A DNA stretch of 64,000 nt. Origin: Flavobacteriales bacterium. GTDB lineage: Bacteria > Bacteroidota > Bacteroidia > Flavobacteriales_F > PHOS-HE28. The position numbers and the translations under genes are program-made. Positions 9,129 to 17,779 of the stretch are shown piece after piece; the stretch's first letter is position 1; each line of letters opens with the position of its first letter. Below the pieces are notes generated by a model that made no database searches, had not been told where the DNA came from, and worked only from the letters and a program-made list of their open reading frames with translations. The DNA lies in NCBI GenBank assembly GCA_019912395.1, contig JAIOIH010000050.1:52651-116650 (forward strand). The letters run 5' to 3'.

Positions 9129-10982
9129 TCACCCACGCTCCACGAAGTACATCTCCATCTCCCCCTTGCCCTTGGCCTGCACCTTGCCGCGCGGGGTGAA
9201 TACGAATCCAGGCTCATCCTTCACGCATTGGAAGGTGGCCTCGCTGATGTTCACCTTCCCCGCCTCCCCGGCGCTCTCCATGGCGCTGGCGGTGTTCACG
9301 GCATCGCCCCAGATGTCATAGGCGAACTTCTTCATGCCCACGATGCCAGCGACGACGGAACCCGTATGTATGCCCACGCGCATCTCGAACGCGGGCAGGC
9401 CGGTCTTCTCGCGTGCTGCTTTTCGTGCCGCGATGTACGCCTGCATTTCCAAGGCGGCGCTCACCACACCGGCCGGATCGGTGGACGTGGGGTCCGGCAA
9501 TCCGCCCACGCACATGTAGGCATCCCCGATGGTCTTGATCTTCTCGATGCCCTTGGCCGTAATGATCCGGTCGAAGGCCTTGAAGCAGGTGTCCAGTTCC
9601 TCCACCAGGGCCTGGGCGCTCATCGATGCACTGATGCGCGTGAAATCCTTGAAGTCCGAGAAGAGGATGGTGGCACCGGGGTAATCGCGGGCCATGGCCG
9701 TGCCCTTGTCCTTGAGCTCCTGCGCCACGGAAGCCGGAAGGATGTTCAGCAACAGCCGTTCCGACCGCTCCCGCTCCCGTTGGATCCGGGCACTGGACAA
9801 ACGCATGTGGCGCAGGCGGCTCCACAGTCCACCTGCCAACACCAACACCGCAACACCACTGAAAATGGCAATGTTCCGCCCTTCGCGCTCACTGGCCACT
9901 TCCCCTTGATGGCGCAACTCCTCCTCAACCTGCTGCTTGGCCCTGGTGAGGCTGTCCGCCAATTCGCGCTGTGCAAACTCATGGTCCATCTCCACACGCG
10001 TCATCTCCTGCACCCTGGCCTCCCCGAAGAGCGTATCCTTCAGGGCCACGGACCGCCGGAACATGGCCAGGGCACGGCCATCGTCACCGAGGGCCCCATA
10101 CGCCTTGGACAAGCATTCACACGCTTGCTGCTCGAACGGTTTTGCATGCCTGGCCTCCGCCATGGCCAAGCCCATTCGGCAATAGCGCAAGGCCAAGCGC
10201 GGGTGACCGGCACTGATCTCGTTGTTGCCGTAGATGATGTACACCACCGCCAGTTGCAGCTCGCTGTTCCGGCCCGTCAGGTTGCGGATGCTGGCCTCCA
10301 AATAGGTGCGCGCGGAATCCCAGTTGCCCAATTGCTGCTGGCAAATGCCGAGGTGCATGTCACTGATGCCGATCCAGCCGGTGTCCTGCAAGGTCTCCCA
10401 GATCCGCAGGCCGTGCTTGTGGAACACGAGGGCGTTCTGCGGTTGGCCCCGGTCCTCGTAGAGCGAGCCCATGTTGTTCCAGTACTTGGCCGTTTCCCGT
10501 TGCAGTCCGAGCCGCTGATAGATCTCGCCGCTTCGGCGGTAATAATCCCCCGCCTTCTCATAGTTCTTCTGGAAATGCTGGATGGCGCCGATGTGGTTCA
10601 GCACTTCGGCCAGGCCAAGGTCCTCGCCCCGCCCCTTCTCAACCTCCAGTGCTTGATAGAGTACCGTCAGCGCCCGGTCGTTCTCACCCAGCAATTGAAA
10701 GAGGACGGCCTTGCGCCGCAAAAGCCTACCGATCGCTCGTTGATCACCGTCCACGTTCGCAACGACCAAGGCCGAATCCAGCATGAGCACCGACCGATGG
10801 TACAGGCCCGCGTCCTTCAAGCCGTCCGCTTCGGCCATCAAGCTTTGCCATGTGGGGGCAGGATCCGAGGTGCGCGACCATACCGGCGTTACGGCCAATA
10901 GCACCAAGGCGAGCAAGGCTGCGCGGAGCACGGTGAGCCTTGCGTCATCCCGACACATCGCCGACCCATACTGCTCAAACAT
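9129..10982 (-). CDS. TPR-repeat sensor fused to class III adenylate/guanylate cyclase (paralogue of 1696..3654)
   Basis: The ORF spans 9129..11084. Likely starts are ATG 10982 or 10958, ahead of the hydrophobic LRAALLALVLLAVTPVWS. Cyclase motifs: ILFSDFKDFT, KTIGDAYMCVGGLP, GIHTGSVVAGIVG, WGDAVNTASAME. The C-terminus GKGEMEMYFV is shared with the other copy. Confidence 0.9.
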   Translation of the reverse strand: MFEQYGSAMCRDDARLTVLRAALLALVLLAVTPVWSRTSDPAPTWQSLMAEADGLKDAGLYHRSVLMLDSALVVANVDGDQRAIGRLLRRKAVLFQLLGENDRALTVLYQALEVEKGRGEDLGLAEVLNHIGAIQHFQKNYEKAGDYYRRSGEIYQRLGLQRETAKYWNNMGSLYEDRGQPQNALVFHKHGLRIWETLQDTGWIGISDMHLGICQQQLGNWDSARTYLEASIRNLTGRNSELQLAVVYIIYGNNEISAGHPRLALRYCRMGLAMAEARHAKPFEQQACECLSKAYGALGDDGRALAMFRRSVALKDTLFGEARVQEMTRVEMDHEFAQRELADSLTRAKQQVEEELRHQGEVASEREGRNIAIFSGVAVLVLAGGLWSRLRHMRLSSARIQRERERSERLLLNILPASVAQELKDKGTAMARDYPGATILFSDFKDFTRISASMSAQALVEELDTCFKAFDRIITAKGIEKIKTIGDAYMCVGGLPDPTSTDPAGVVSAALEMQAYIAARKAAREKTGLPAFEMRVGIHTGSVVAGIVGMKKFAYDIWGDAVNTASAMESAGEAGKVNISEATFQCVKDEPGFVFTPRGKVQAKGKGEMEMYFVERG

Positions 10983-11167
10983 GGCGCAAAAGGTAGGCAC
11001 GGACCGGTGGATCCGTGGCCGAATACATGCCAAAGGACCGCTTGGGCCCCAACGAACCGGACAACTCCAATGCATGATGTACAAGGTGTACTTCCCTTGA
11101 CCTTCGCCAATGCCGGGAACCGTTCCCGGAGCATTTATTATACCTTGACCCTGAAAAACCCACCTCG

Positions 11168-11800
11168 ATGAACCTGATCACAACCATCTCCCTCCTTGTC
11201 TCCCTGATCGCCGCACAGGGATCCCTTGCACAGGATAATTCCGGTTCCTCCGGTGAGCCTTCCGCCTCGGACCCCGGCTTCACGGAGGCCCTGTTCGATG
11301 CAGCCACGGTCAGCGACCTGCTGAAGAGCGAGGAGGCCATGGGCATCCGTTTCTACAACGTGCTGGCCGAACCCAGGGATGCGGACGGAACCGCCATGGC
11401 GATCGGCATCCGCACGAACGGCAGCGAGTTGAACGCCGGAAAGAGCTATCGGCTCAGCTTGGGTTTTGTGGATGGGAAGATCGCGATGAGCAACCTCAAC
11501 ACCAAGAGTGCCAGGACGGCCTGCGTGAACATGGACGACCCTACGCATCCCTCCTATTCCGCATCCTTCACCCGCACGGATGTGCAGGCCTTGCTGGACC
11601 TGACCGGTTGCCAAGCCCTGCAAGCCGTGCCGGACACCACGGTGAAGGACGAGACCACCATGCGCCTTGTCGCCATGAAGGTCACGGACGGCAAGGCATT
11701 CCCCTTGGGCAGCGGCCCCGAATTCCAGCGAATGTGCGGTTTCCCCTGCCCACTGGTCTGCGGCCCGGAGGAAAATTACGTCTACCGCAGCAAGTACTAA
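11168..11800 (+). CDS. secreted hypothetical protein
   Basis: 210-aa ORF with signal peptide MNLITTISLLVSLIAAQGSLAQ. Cys-rich C-terminus. No family recognised. Confidence 0.6.
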   Translation: MNLITTISLLVSLIAAQGSLAQDNSGSSGEPSASDPGFTEALFDAATVSDLLKSEEAMGIRFYNVLAEPRDADGTAMAIGIRTNGSELNAGKSYRLSLGFVDGKIAMSNLNTKSARTACVNMDDPTHPSYSASFTRTDVQALLDLTGCQALQAVPDTTVKDETTMRLVAMKVTDGKAFPLGSGPEFQRMCGFPCPLVCGPEENYVYRSKY

Positions 11801-12029
11801 TGTGCCGCTTGGGCACGCACGCGGAAATCCTCGATGAAGACCCTGCGAAGATCTCAATGGAACGCGCATGTGGGCGATCACGGGATGCAGGGTTCCGCGT
11901 CGAAAACCCTGCGGAAGTGCAGGGGCATTAAAGGAACATTCCGTTGCGCACCAGAACTCCGTAACATAGGGCACAAGGTTCCGGTGGGTTTCGCGATGAT
12001 CGTCAGTTCCCCGTGAACCAAGTACAGGG

Positions 12030-12872
12030 TTGAACGCATTCCCAATATCCCATGGGCCACTGAGCATGAAACCGAGCAATGACAGCAATGCCCGTGATGC
12101 ACAGGGGAAGAACCCGCCGACGTACGGCCTGGTCCTCTCCGGGGGTGGTGTGCGCGGCGCGGCACATATCGGTGTGATCAAGGCGCTGGAGGAACATGGC
12201 ATACGGCCCGAATACATCGCCGGGGCCAGCTCCGGCGCCATCGTAGGGGCCTTTTATGCGGCGGGGCACGGCTGGGAGGAGACCTTGGATTTCTTCCGGG
12301 GCATGTCCATTTTTACATGGGGGAACTACGCCCGCGGCAAACCCGGAATGCTCGATGCGGACAAATTCCGCAAAGGGTTTGAGAAATACTTCCCGGGGGA
12401 CCGGTTCGAGGCACTGAAGAAGAAGTTGTTCGTTGTCGCGTCGGACCTCATCAAAGGGCGCTCCCGGGTGTTCCAGGAAGGCCCGCTCATCCGTACGCTC
12501 CTCGCCTCCTCTGCCGTGCCGGGGGTGTTCTCTCCCGTGGTGATCGACGGCTCGCTGTACTCGGACGGCGGCATCACCAACAACTTCCCCGTGGAGCCGC
12601 TATTGGCGACCTGCGACCGGATCATCGGGGTGTTCGTGAACCCGCTGAAGCAGGTGTCCGCCAACGAGCTCCGCTCTTCCTTTGCGGTCCTGGAGCGTGC
12701 CTTTTCCATGGACCGTACAAGCCATTCCATCCGGAAGTTCGATGACTGCGACCTGGTGATCAGCCCGGAGAGCCTCGCGGCCTTCGGCACGTTCAGCACC
12801 CAACATGTGGACGAGATATTCCGGATCGGGTATGAGGCCGCCCTGCGGAAATTGGAGGCGTACGAGCAGTGA
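12030..12872 (+). CDS. patatin-like phospholipase
   Basis: Oxyanion motif SGGGVRG, nucleophile elbow GASSG, and catalytic Asp context YSDGGI. The start could instead be ATG 12066. Confidence 0.9.
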   Translation: MNAFPISHGPLSMKPSNDSNARDAQGKNPPTYGLVLSGGGVRGAAHIGVIKALEEHGIRPEYIAGASSGAIVGAFYAAGHGWEETLDFFRGMSIFTWGNYARGKPGMLDADKFRKGFEKYFPGDRFEALKKKLFVVASDLIKGRSRVFQEGPLIRTLLASSAVPGVFSPVVIDGSLYSDGGITNNFPVEPLLATCDRIIGVFVNPLKQVSANELRSSFAVLERAFSMDRTSHSIRKFDDCDLVISPESLAAFGTFSTQHVDEIFRIGYEAALRKLEAYEQ

Positions 12873-13085
12873 TGGCGTGGCCGGTTTGCCGCGCACGGGC
12901 CTTTCGCAATGAACACGCAGCAGGAGATATTGGAAGCAATGAACGATCTCGATCAAGGGAAATTCGGGTACTTGGAGGATTGATGGCAGCCAGCGTGGAG
13001 CCTACGCACAGCGCCAACGCGAAGATCCGAACATCCGCCCTGCCCTACCTTTATCCCATTCCACAAATCAGCAAGAACAACCATC

Positions 13086-13523
13086 ATGATCCGATCGAGC
13101 AAGGCCATTTGGAAGGGAAGCGGCAAGGAAGGCGGCGGCCTGTTGACCAGCACCAGCGGCGTATTGAAGGACACGCCCTATTCCTTCACCACCCGCTTCG
13201 TCAGCGAGGACGGCAAGGCGGGCACCAACCCCGAGGAACTCATCGCGGCCGCACATGCGGGCTGCTTCACCATGAAGCTCAGCTTCTTGCTTGGCAACGC
13301 AGGCCACACGCCCGATGAACTGGACTGCACCTCCGAGGTGAAGCTCGGTCCGGTGGAAGGCGGTACGGGCATCGTCGGCATCCATCTGGTGTTGAAGGCC
13401 AAGGTCAGCGGCATCAGCCAAGCGGACTTTGATGCCTGCGCCGCGGATGCCAAGGTGAACTGCCCCGTCAGCCAGGCGCTGAAGGCCGTGCCGATCACGC
13501 TGAGCGCAACCTTGGCGGGCTAG
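13086..13523 (+). CDS. osmC: OsmC family peroxiredoxin
   Basis: 145 aa, collinear with my recollection of E. coli OsmC (WKGSGKEGGG..., GTNPEELIAAAHAGCF, CPVSQAL). Both conserved Cys residues are present. Confidence 0.9.
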   Translation: MIRSSKAIWKGSGKEGGGLLTSTSGVLKDTPYSFTTRFVSEDGKAGTNPEELIAAAHAGCFTMKLSFLLGNAGHTPDELDCTSEVKLGPVEGGTGIVGIHLVLKAKVSGISQADFDACAADAKVNCPVSQALKAVPITLSATLAG

Positions 13524-13845
13524 CGCATCACGTGCAGGTGGTCCCGCCCGTGCGCTCACCGCAGCTCCGATCCCCGTTCACCTCATACTGAGCGGATGGA
13601 CGTGGACCGATCGCGCGATCAAAGCGTGCTTCGGTTGGCAGGCCCCCAGCGCTGCGATGGTCTTCCCTACCTCGCCCCACATGCAGAAGGGCCCGTGCGT
13701 GCCGAGGCCCCGCAACGGTGACGGGGATGCTGAAATGGAGCAAGCCGATGGTCCCTTCCCGCCGGGCTGACTTTCATCAATCGGGGACCGGCGCACCTCC
13801 GTACCTTGTTTATCACAATACCGATCGAGACGAACAACCGAGCTG

Positions 13846-14652
13846 ATGGCACAGATCCTCATCCCCACCGACATGAGCGAAGGTTCCCGCACGGCGGTCC
13901 TTTTCGCCTTGAACGCCTTCGACACCGAGAAGGACCAATTCACCTTGCTGCTCTCCATCGGTGATACGCCCAGGCCCAACCTGTTCCCGGAGTTCATCCA
14001 ATATGTGAAGCGACAGGCCCACGAGGAGCTGGATGCCTTTGTGGCCCAGATCCGTAACGCCCACCCCGGAAAGACCTTGAACCTCCGCGGCGTAGTGGAG
14101 AACGGCAGCGTGTTCGCGGTGATCGAGGGCTTTGGCCTGAACAACCCGGTGGACATGGTGGTGATGGGCACGCGCGGCGAAGGCGGAGCACTGAAATGGG
14201 GCAGCAACGCCGAGGTGGTGGCGCGGAACGCAAGCGGCCCGGTGATCGTGGTGCCCCCGGAGTGGAAAGCCGGACCGATCGAAAAGATCCTCTATGCGGA
14301 CGACCGCGAGGAGGTGGACAACCTGAAGACCCTCCTCCCCCTGGTGCAGCTCGCCAAACACTATGACGCCGGGATCGACTTCGTACACGTGAGCAAGGAA
14401 GGGGTGGTCCGCGAGCCCGATCCGGGATCGGCCGGCCGTTCCGATATCTTCAAAGGGATCAAGACCAGCAACGCGACCACAATGGGGACCACCGTGACCG
14501 AGAACCTTGCCCAGCTGGTGGATGGCGGGGGCTATGGCATGCTGGCGATCATGCACCGCCGGCTCGGTTGGCTGGACGCGCTTTTCCACCGCAGCGTGGC
14601 CAAGCGGATGGCCCTGAACACCACGGTGCCGCTGCTGGTGTTGCACGAATAG
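13846..14652 (+). CDS. tandem-domain universal stress protein (UspA family)
   Basis: MAQILIPTDMSEGS... followed by VVMGTRGEGGALKWGSNAEVV (the G-x2-G-x9-G(S/T) ATP-binding type motif). A second Usp half ends in VPLLVLHE. Paralogous to 38151..38957 and 48377..49180. Confidence 0.85.
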   Translation: MAQILIPTDMSEGSRTAVLFALNAFDTEKDQFTLLLSIGDTPRPNLFPEFIQYVKRQAHEELDAFVAQIRNAHPGKTLNLRGVVENGSVFAVIEGFGLNNPVDMVVMGTRGEGGALKWGSNAEVVARNASGPVIVVPPEWKAGPIEKILYADDREEVDNLKTLLPLVQLAKHYDAGIDFVHVSKEGVVREPDPGSAGRSDIFKGIKTSNATTMGTTVTENLAQLVDGGGYGMLAIMHRRLGWLDALFHRSVAKRMALNTTVPLLVLHE

Positions 14653-14951
14653 ACCCGTTCCCGACCGGATCCTTTGCAACGGCATCGGAGATCCCGATCA
14701 TGTAGGGCTGGTTTACAGGGTGGTATGTATGCTCTGAACAAAGGACGACCCGAACAACAGAACTAGGGCCTCGTGATCGGGTTGATAGATCCGTAATTCA
14801 TCTTCACCGAGCCCTGCTGCCCGCTCCACAACGGCGCTGGGGATCCTTTGTAGGTCCCCGCAGTGGATGATCCACGGATGCATTCCGGGACAGGTCAGGA
14901 ATTCCAATACACTTCGACCCTACTATCAGGTCCGGAACCCGGACCCCGCAC

Positions 14952-16085
14952 ATGAATAGTGACAGAGCCCTTCTCTTTCTACCGGACATCAGTGGGTTCA
15001 CGCGCTTTGTGGAACGCACGGAGATCGATCACGGGCAGCACATCATCAGTGAATTGATCGAGCTGCTGATCGATGAGGACAAGTTGGGGCTTACGGTCGC
15101 GGAAGTAGAAGGCGACGCGGTGTTCTTCTATTCGCCGGACGCCATTCCCTCGGCCGAAGCGCTTGTTGATCAATGCCGACGGATGTTCTTGCGGTTCCAT
15201 GGCCATTTGCGCCGCTATGCGGATGAACGGATCTGCGATTGCGGAGCGTGCAGCACAGCGGAAAAACTGACGGTAAAATTCGTTGCACATGCAGGGCCCA
15301 TTCGTTCGATAACCGTGCATGGCCGCACCAAACCGTTCGGTGTGGACGTGATCCTTGCGCACCGCTTGCTGAAGAACGATGTGGCCGGAAGTGAATATGC
15401 ACTGCTCACGGAAGCCCTGGTAGCCGAAGGTTCCTTGGATCCCCCGGAAGGGATCACGTCCATGCCCGATGGCGTTGCGACCTACGAGGACCTGCCGCCT
15501 GTTCCCTACCACGCCGTGGATCTTTCCGGCCTGCATGCGCAGGTGAAGGACCATCAACGGATCAAAGCGGAATTGCCACGCGCTGCAACACCGATGGTAA
15601 TGCAACGCCGGATCACAGCACCCGATAAACTCGTCTTTCGCATGTTGATCGACCTCGATGCCCGCTCCCACTGGGATGCACTTGCTACACGGATCGATCG
15701 CCCGGACACGCATGTGAACCGGCCGGGATCCCGCCATACCTGCGTGCTTCCCGTAGGTAGCATGGACCTGGAAACGATCTCTGCACTTGATGCACAAGAC
15801 GGAATGGAATATGTGGAACGCGCCTTGAACGTACCTTTCATTCCCATGGCATACGTCCGTTACCTTGTAAAGCCGGTTGGTGGCGCTACGGAACTTGTCG
15901 CTGAACTACATCTGATCCCCGACTCGATCATCGGTAAGATGATGTTGCCGATGACCCGTTCCCGAATGCGCAAATGGATCTCCGGATCGCTCGACCGCTT
16001 GAAGGTACTGCTGGAAAGTGCCGACAACATTGGCACGCAGACCATTCCCGATACACACGAACAGAAAATAACGACCACCACATGA
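14952..16085 (+). CDS. DUF2652-type nucleotidyl-cyclase-like domain fused to an SRPBCC/START-like domain
   Basis: The N-terminus LLFLPDISGFTRFV...VAEVEGDAVFFY mirrors the two metal-Asp contexts of the genuine class III cyclases in this window (ILFTDFKDFT...KTIGDAYM). The C-terminal ~150 aa (RITAPDKLVFRMLIDLDARSHWD...) resemble an SRPBCC ligand-binding fold. Both family names are recalled, not searched. Confidence 0.7.
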   Translation: MNSDRALLFLPDISGFTRFVERTEIDHGQHIISELIELLIDEDKLGLTVAEVEGDAVFFYSPDAIPSAEALVDQCRRMFLRFHGHLRRYADERICDCGACSTAEKLTVKFVAHAGPIRSITVHGRTKPFGVDVILAHRLLKNDVAGSEYALLTEALVAEGSLDPPEGITSMPDGVATYEDLPPVPYHAVDLSGLHAQVKDHQRIKAELPRAATPMVMQRRITAPDKLVFRMLIDLDARSHWDALATRIDRPDTHVNRPGSRHTCVLPVGSMDLETISALDAQDGMEYVERALNVPFIPMAYVRYLVKPVGGATELVAELHLIPDSIIGKMMLPMTRSRMRKWISGSLDRLKVLLESADNIGTQTIPDTHEQKITTTT

Positions 16086-16333
16086 CCCAACCAAACACCG
16101 GTACCCCAGTGACCACACCAGAGGCGCTTGCCGCCAAGAAAGCCGAAAAGAAAAAGAAGAAGTCGGCGAAGAAGTTGAAGAAGCTGAACACGCTTCTGGA
16201 CGCAGCCGGAGCGGGAAAGCAGTTGGGCATCTCGGACGTCAATCATTTGGAGCTCGTGAAAGCCGTTTCAGAAGTTGAAGATGGCCTGAAGCGCATCCGC
16301 AAGCTGTTAACACAGGACCGAACGACAGCATAG
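16082..16333 (+). CDS. small Lys-rich hypothetical protein (83 aa)
   Basis: The internal ATG at 16082 overlaps the upstream stop as ATGA (16082..16085). Sequence: MTQPNTGTPVTTPEALAAKKAEKKKKKSAKKLKKL... The long ORF 15974..16333 upstream of this ATG overlaps the preceding CDS. Confidence 0.55.
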   Translation: MTQPNTGTPVTTPEALAAKKAEKKKKKSAKKLKKLNTLLDAAGAGKQLGISDVNHLELVKAVSEVEDGLKRIRKLLTQDRTTA

Positions 16334-16352
16334 GTCGATCACCCTCCACACC

Positions 16353-17042
16353 ATGGATCAACAAGACACTGACGGTTTGCAGGCCTCGAGCACGGATGCT
16401 GAACAATCCGAATTGAGCAAAGCGGAAAAGAAAGCCCGAAAGAAGGAGAAGAAAGCGCGGAAGAAGAAAGAGAAGGCGGAAGCAAAAGCTTTGAAAAAAG
16501 CCACGAATACCGAACGCGGGATTGAGACCATGTTCCGCACGGCTGGCAAGAACCACATCCAGCTCAGTCAGATCGCGGACAACAAGGCGAACATCATGCT
16601 CACCATCAATGCGCTGATCATCTCCGCAAGCTTCACCGGCCTCTTGCCCGAGACCGGCCTGCATGCCGAACTGCGCTTACCACTCTTTCTGTTGATGGGC
16701 GTCTGTTTTGTGAGCATGTCCTTCGCTACCGTATCCACCCTTCCGAAGGTGACCAAAGGGATCACCACGCGTGAGGAGTGCGATCGAAAAGAAGGGAACT
16801 TGCTCTTCTTCGGGAACTTCCACGCCATGGAACGTGATCAATATGAAATGGCCATGGCCGATATGATGAAGGACAGGGAATTCCTGTACGGCAGCATGGT
16901 GCGGGACCTGTACTATTTGGGCAAGGTGTTGGCCAGAAAATACACCCTGCTGCGCACCTCCTACCTGGTCTTCCTTATCGGCTTTACCGCAGCTGTGCTC
17001 TACGGCGTCTGGGCTGTTGAAACTGCAGGGCATGTGCATTAA
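16353..17042 (+). CDS. PycTM-like (DUF5706 / Pycsar-effector-domain) membrane protein with Lys-rich N-terminal tail
   Basis: GIETMFRTAGKNHIQLSQIADNKANIMLTINALIIS, NLLFFGNFH, FLYGSMVRDLYYLGKVLARKYTLLRTSY, plus 3 predicted TM helices. This matches my recollection of the DUF5706 domain that is usually fused C-terminal to HD domains in Bacteroidota. It starts 19 nt after the preceding gene. Confidence 0.65.
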   Translation: MDQQDTDGLQASSTDAEQSELSKAEKKARKKEKKARKKKEKAEAKALKKATNTERGIETMFRTAGKNHIQLSQIADNKANIMLTINALIISASFTGLLPETGLHAELRLPLFLLMGVCFVSMSFATVSTLPKVTKGITTREECDRKEGNLLFFGNFHAMERDQYEMAMADMMKDREFLYGSMVRDLYYLGKVLARKYTLLRTSYLVFLIGFTAAVLYGVWAVETAGHVH

Positions 17043-17131
17043 CCTAGTACACTTTACGGACACTCTTCATTCTAACCGACCAACGTACTAGAAACTATCT
17101 CAAAAATAGCATTAGTTCAGATCAGCAATGA

Positions 17132-17233
17132 CCATTGCGATTCGATGCATACGGCATGATCTGCGAGCATGGGGATCCGATCCAGCAGGTCCCCAAGGCC
17201 AAGGAGTCCGCGAACCCGAATACGATGTATTGA
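17132..17233 (+). pseudogene. C-terminal remnant of a SnoaL/NTF2-like gene (paralogue of 19552..19929)
   Basis: In-frame translation PLRFDAYGMICEHGDPIQQVPKAKESANPNTMY* aligns with the end of 19552..19929 (FRFDVNGKICEHWDSIQQIPKESANPNTMY*). It is preceded by an in-frame TGA at 17129, and no N-terminal part is present. Confidence 0.75.
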
Positions 17234-17384
17234 GGCCGGAACATCGTTGCTTGCACGGTGATCTCGGTTGTTGAACTGCTGCATCATCACTACGGTATGG
17301 TTATTTCTCGTGCTTCATGGGAAAGACCATGTCAGATAACGCTGAGCACACGTACTGACCAATGGATGAATACGATAGAAGAAC

Positions 17385-17765
17385 ATGGTAGATGCAACGT
17401 TTCTTACGCCCCTTGTGCTCTTGCTCCTCCGGATCATTGTTGCGATCGTCTTCTTCTCCAGCGGTAAAAGCCACGCAATGGATCCGGTGGAACGGGGAAA
17501 GCGTGTGGACCTATCACCCCAAGTGACCCGCATCTTGGGCATCGCTGAGATCCTCGCCGCACTGTCGATCGCCTTCGGGATCCTGCCGCAATTGGGAGCC
17601 GCAGTGGTCATCATTGTCATGTTGGGCGCGATCCAGAAAAAGCTTTTCGTGTGGCACACCGGATTCTATGCGGACAAAGGCTACGGATGGCATTATGACC
17701 TCATCTTCCTCATCGCTGCACTCGTGATCATTGCGACCAATGGAGGCGCTTACGTACTTACTTGA
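17385..17765 (+). CDS. DoxX family membrane protein
   Basis: 126 aa with 4 hydrophobic helices. LLRIIVAIVFFSSG is a typical DoxX N-terminal motif. Confidence 0.7.
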   Translation: MVDATFLTPLVLLLLRIIVAIVFFSSGKSHAMDPVERGKRVDLSPQVTRILGIAEILAALSIAFGILPQLGAAVVIIVMLGAIQKKLFVWHTGFYADKGYGWHYDLIFLIAALVIIATNGGAYVLT

Positions 17766-17779
17766 AAAGAAGTTGAAGC

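Noticed and set aside
8955-10901. 648-aa ORF on the + strand
   Set aside because: It is antisense to the second TPR-adenylate cyclase gene and has a low-complexity R/G/H/L/A composition. The cyclase frame carries unmistakable motifs.
11138-12241. 367-aa ORF on the - strand
   Set aside because: It overlaps two + strand genes, including the start of the patatin gene with GGGxRG. It is Arg/Gly/His-rich with no motif, so it is judged a high-GC artefact.
14713-14907. 64-aa ORF (-) in the gap between the Usp gene and the DUF2652 gene
   Set aside because: It is short, has no recognisable motif or signal, and lies in a lower-GC spacer. Evidence is insufficient to call a gene.
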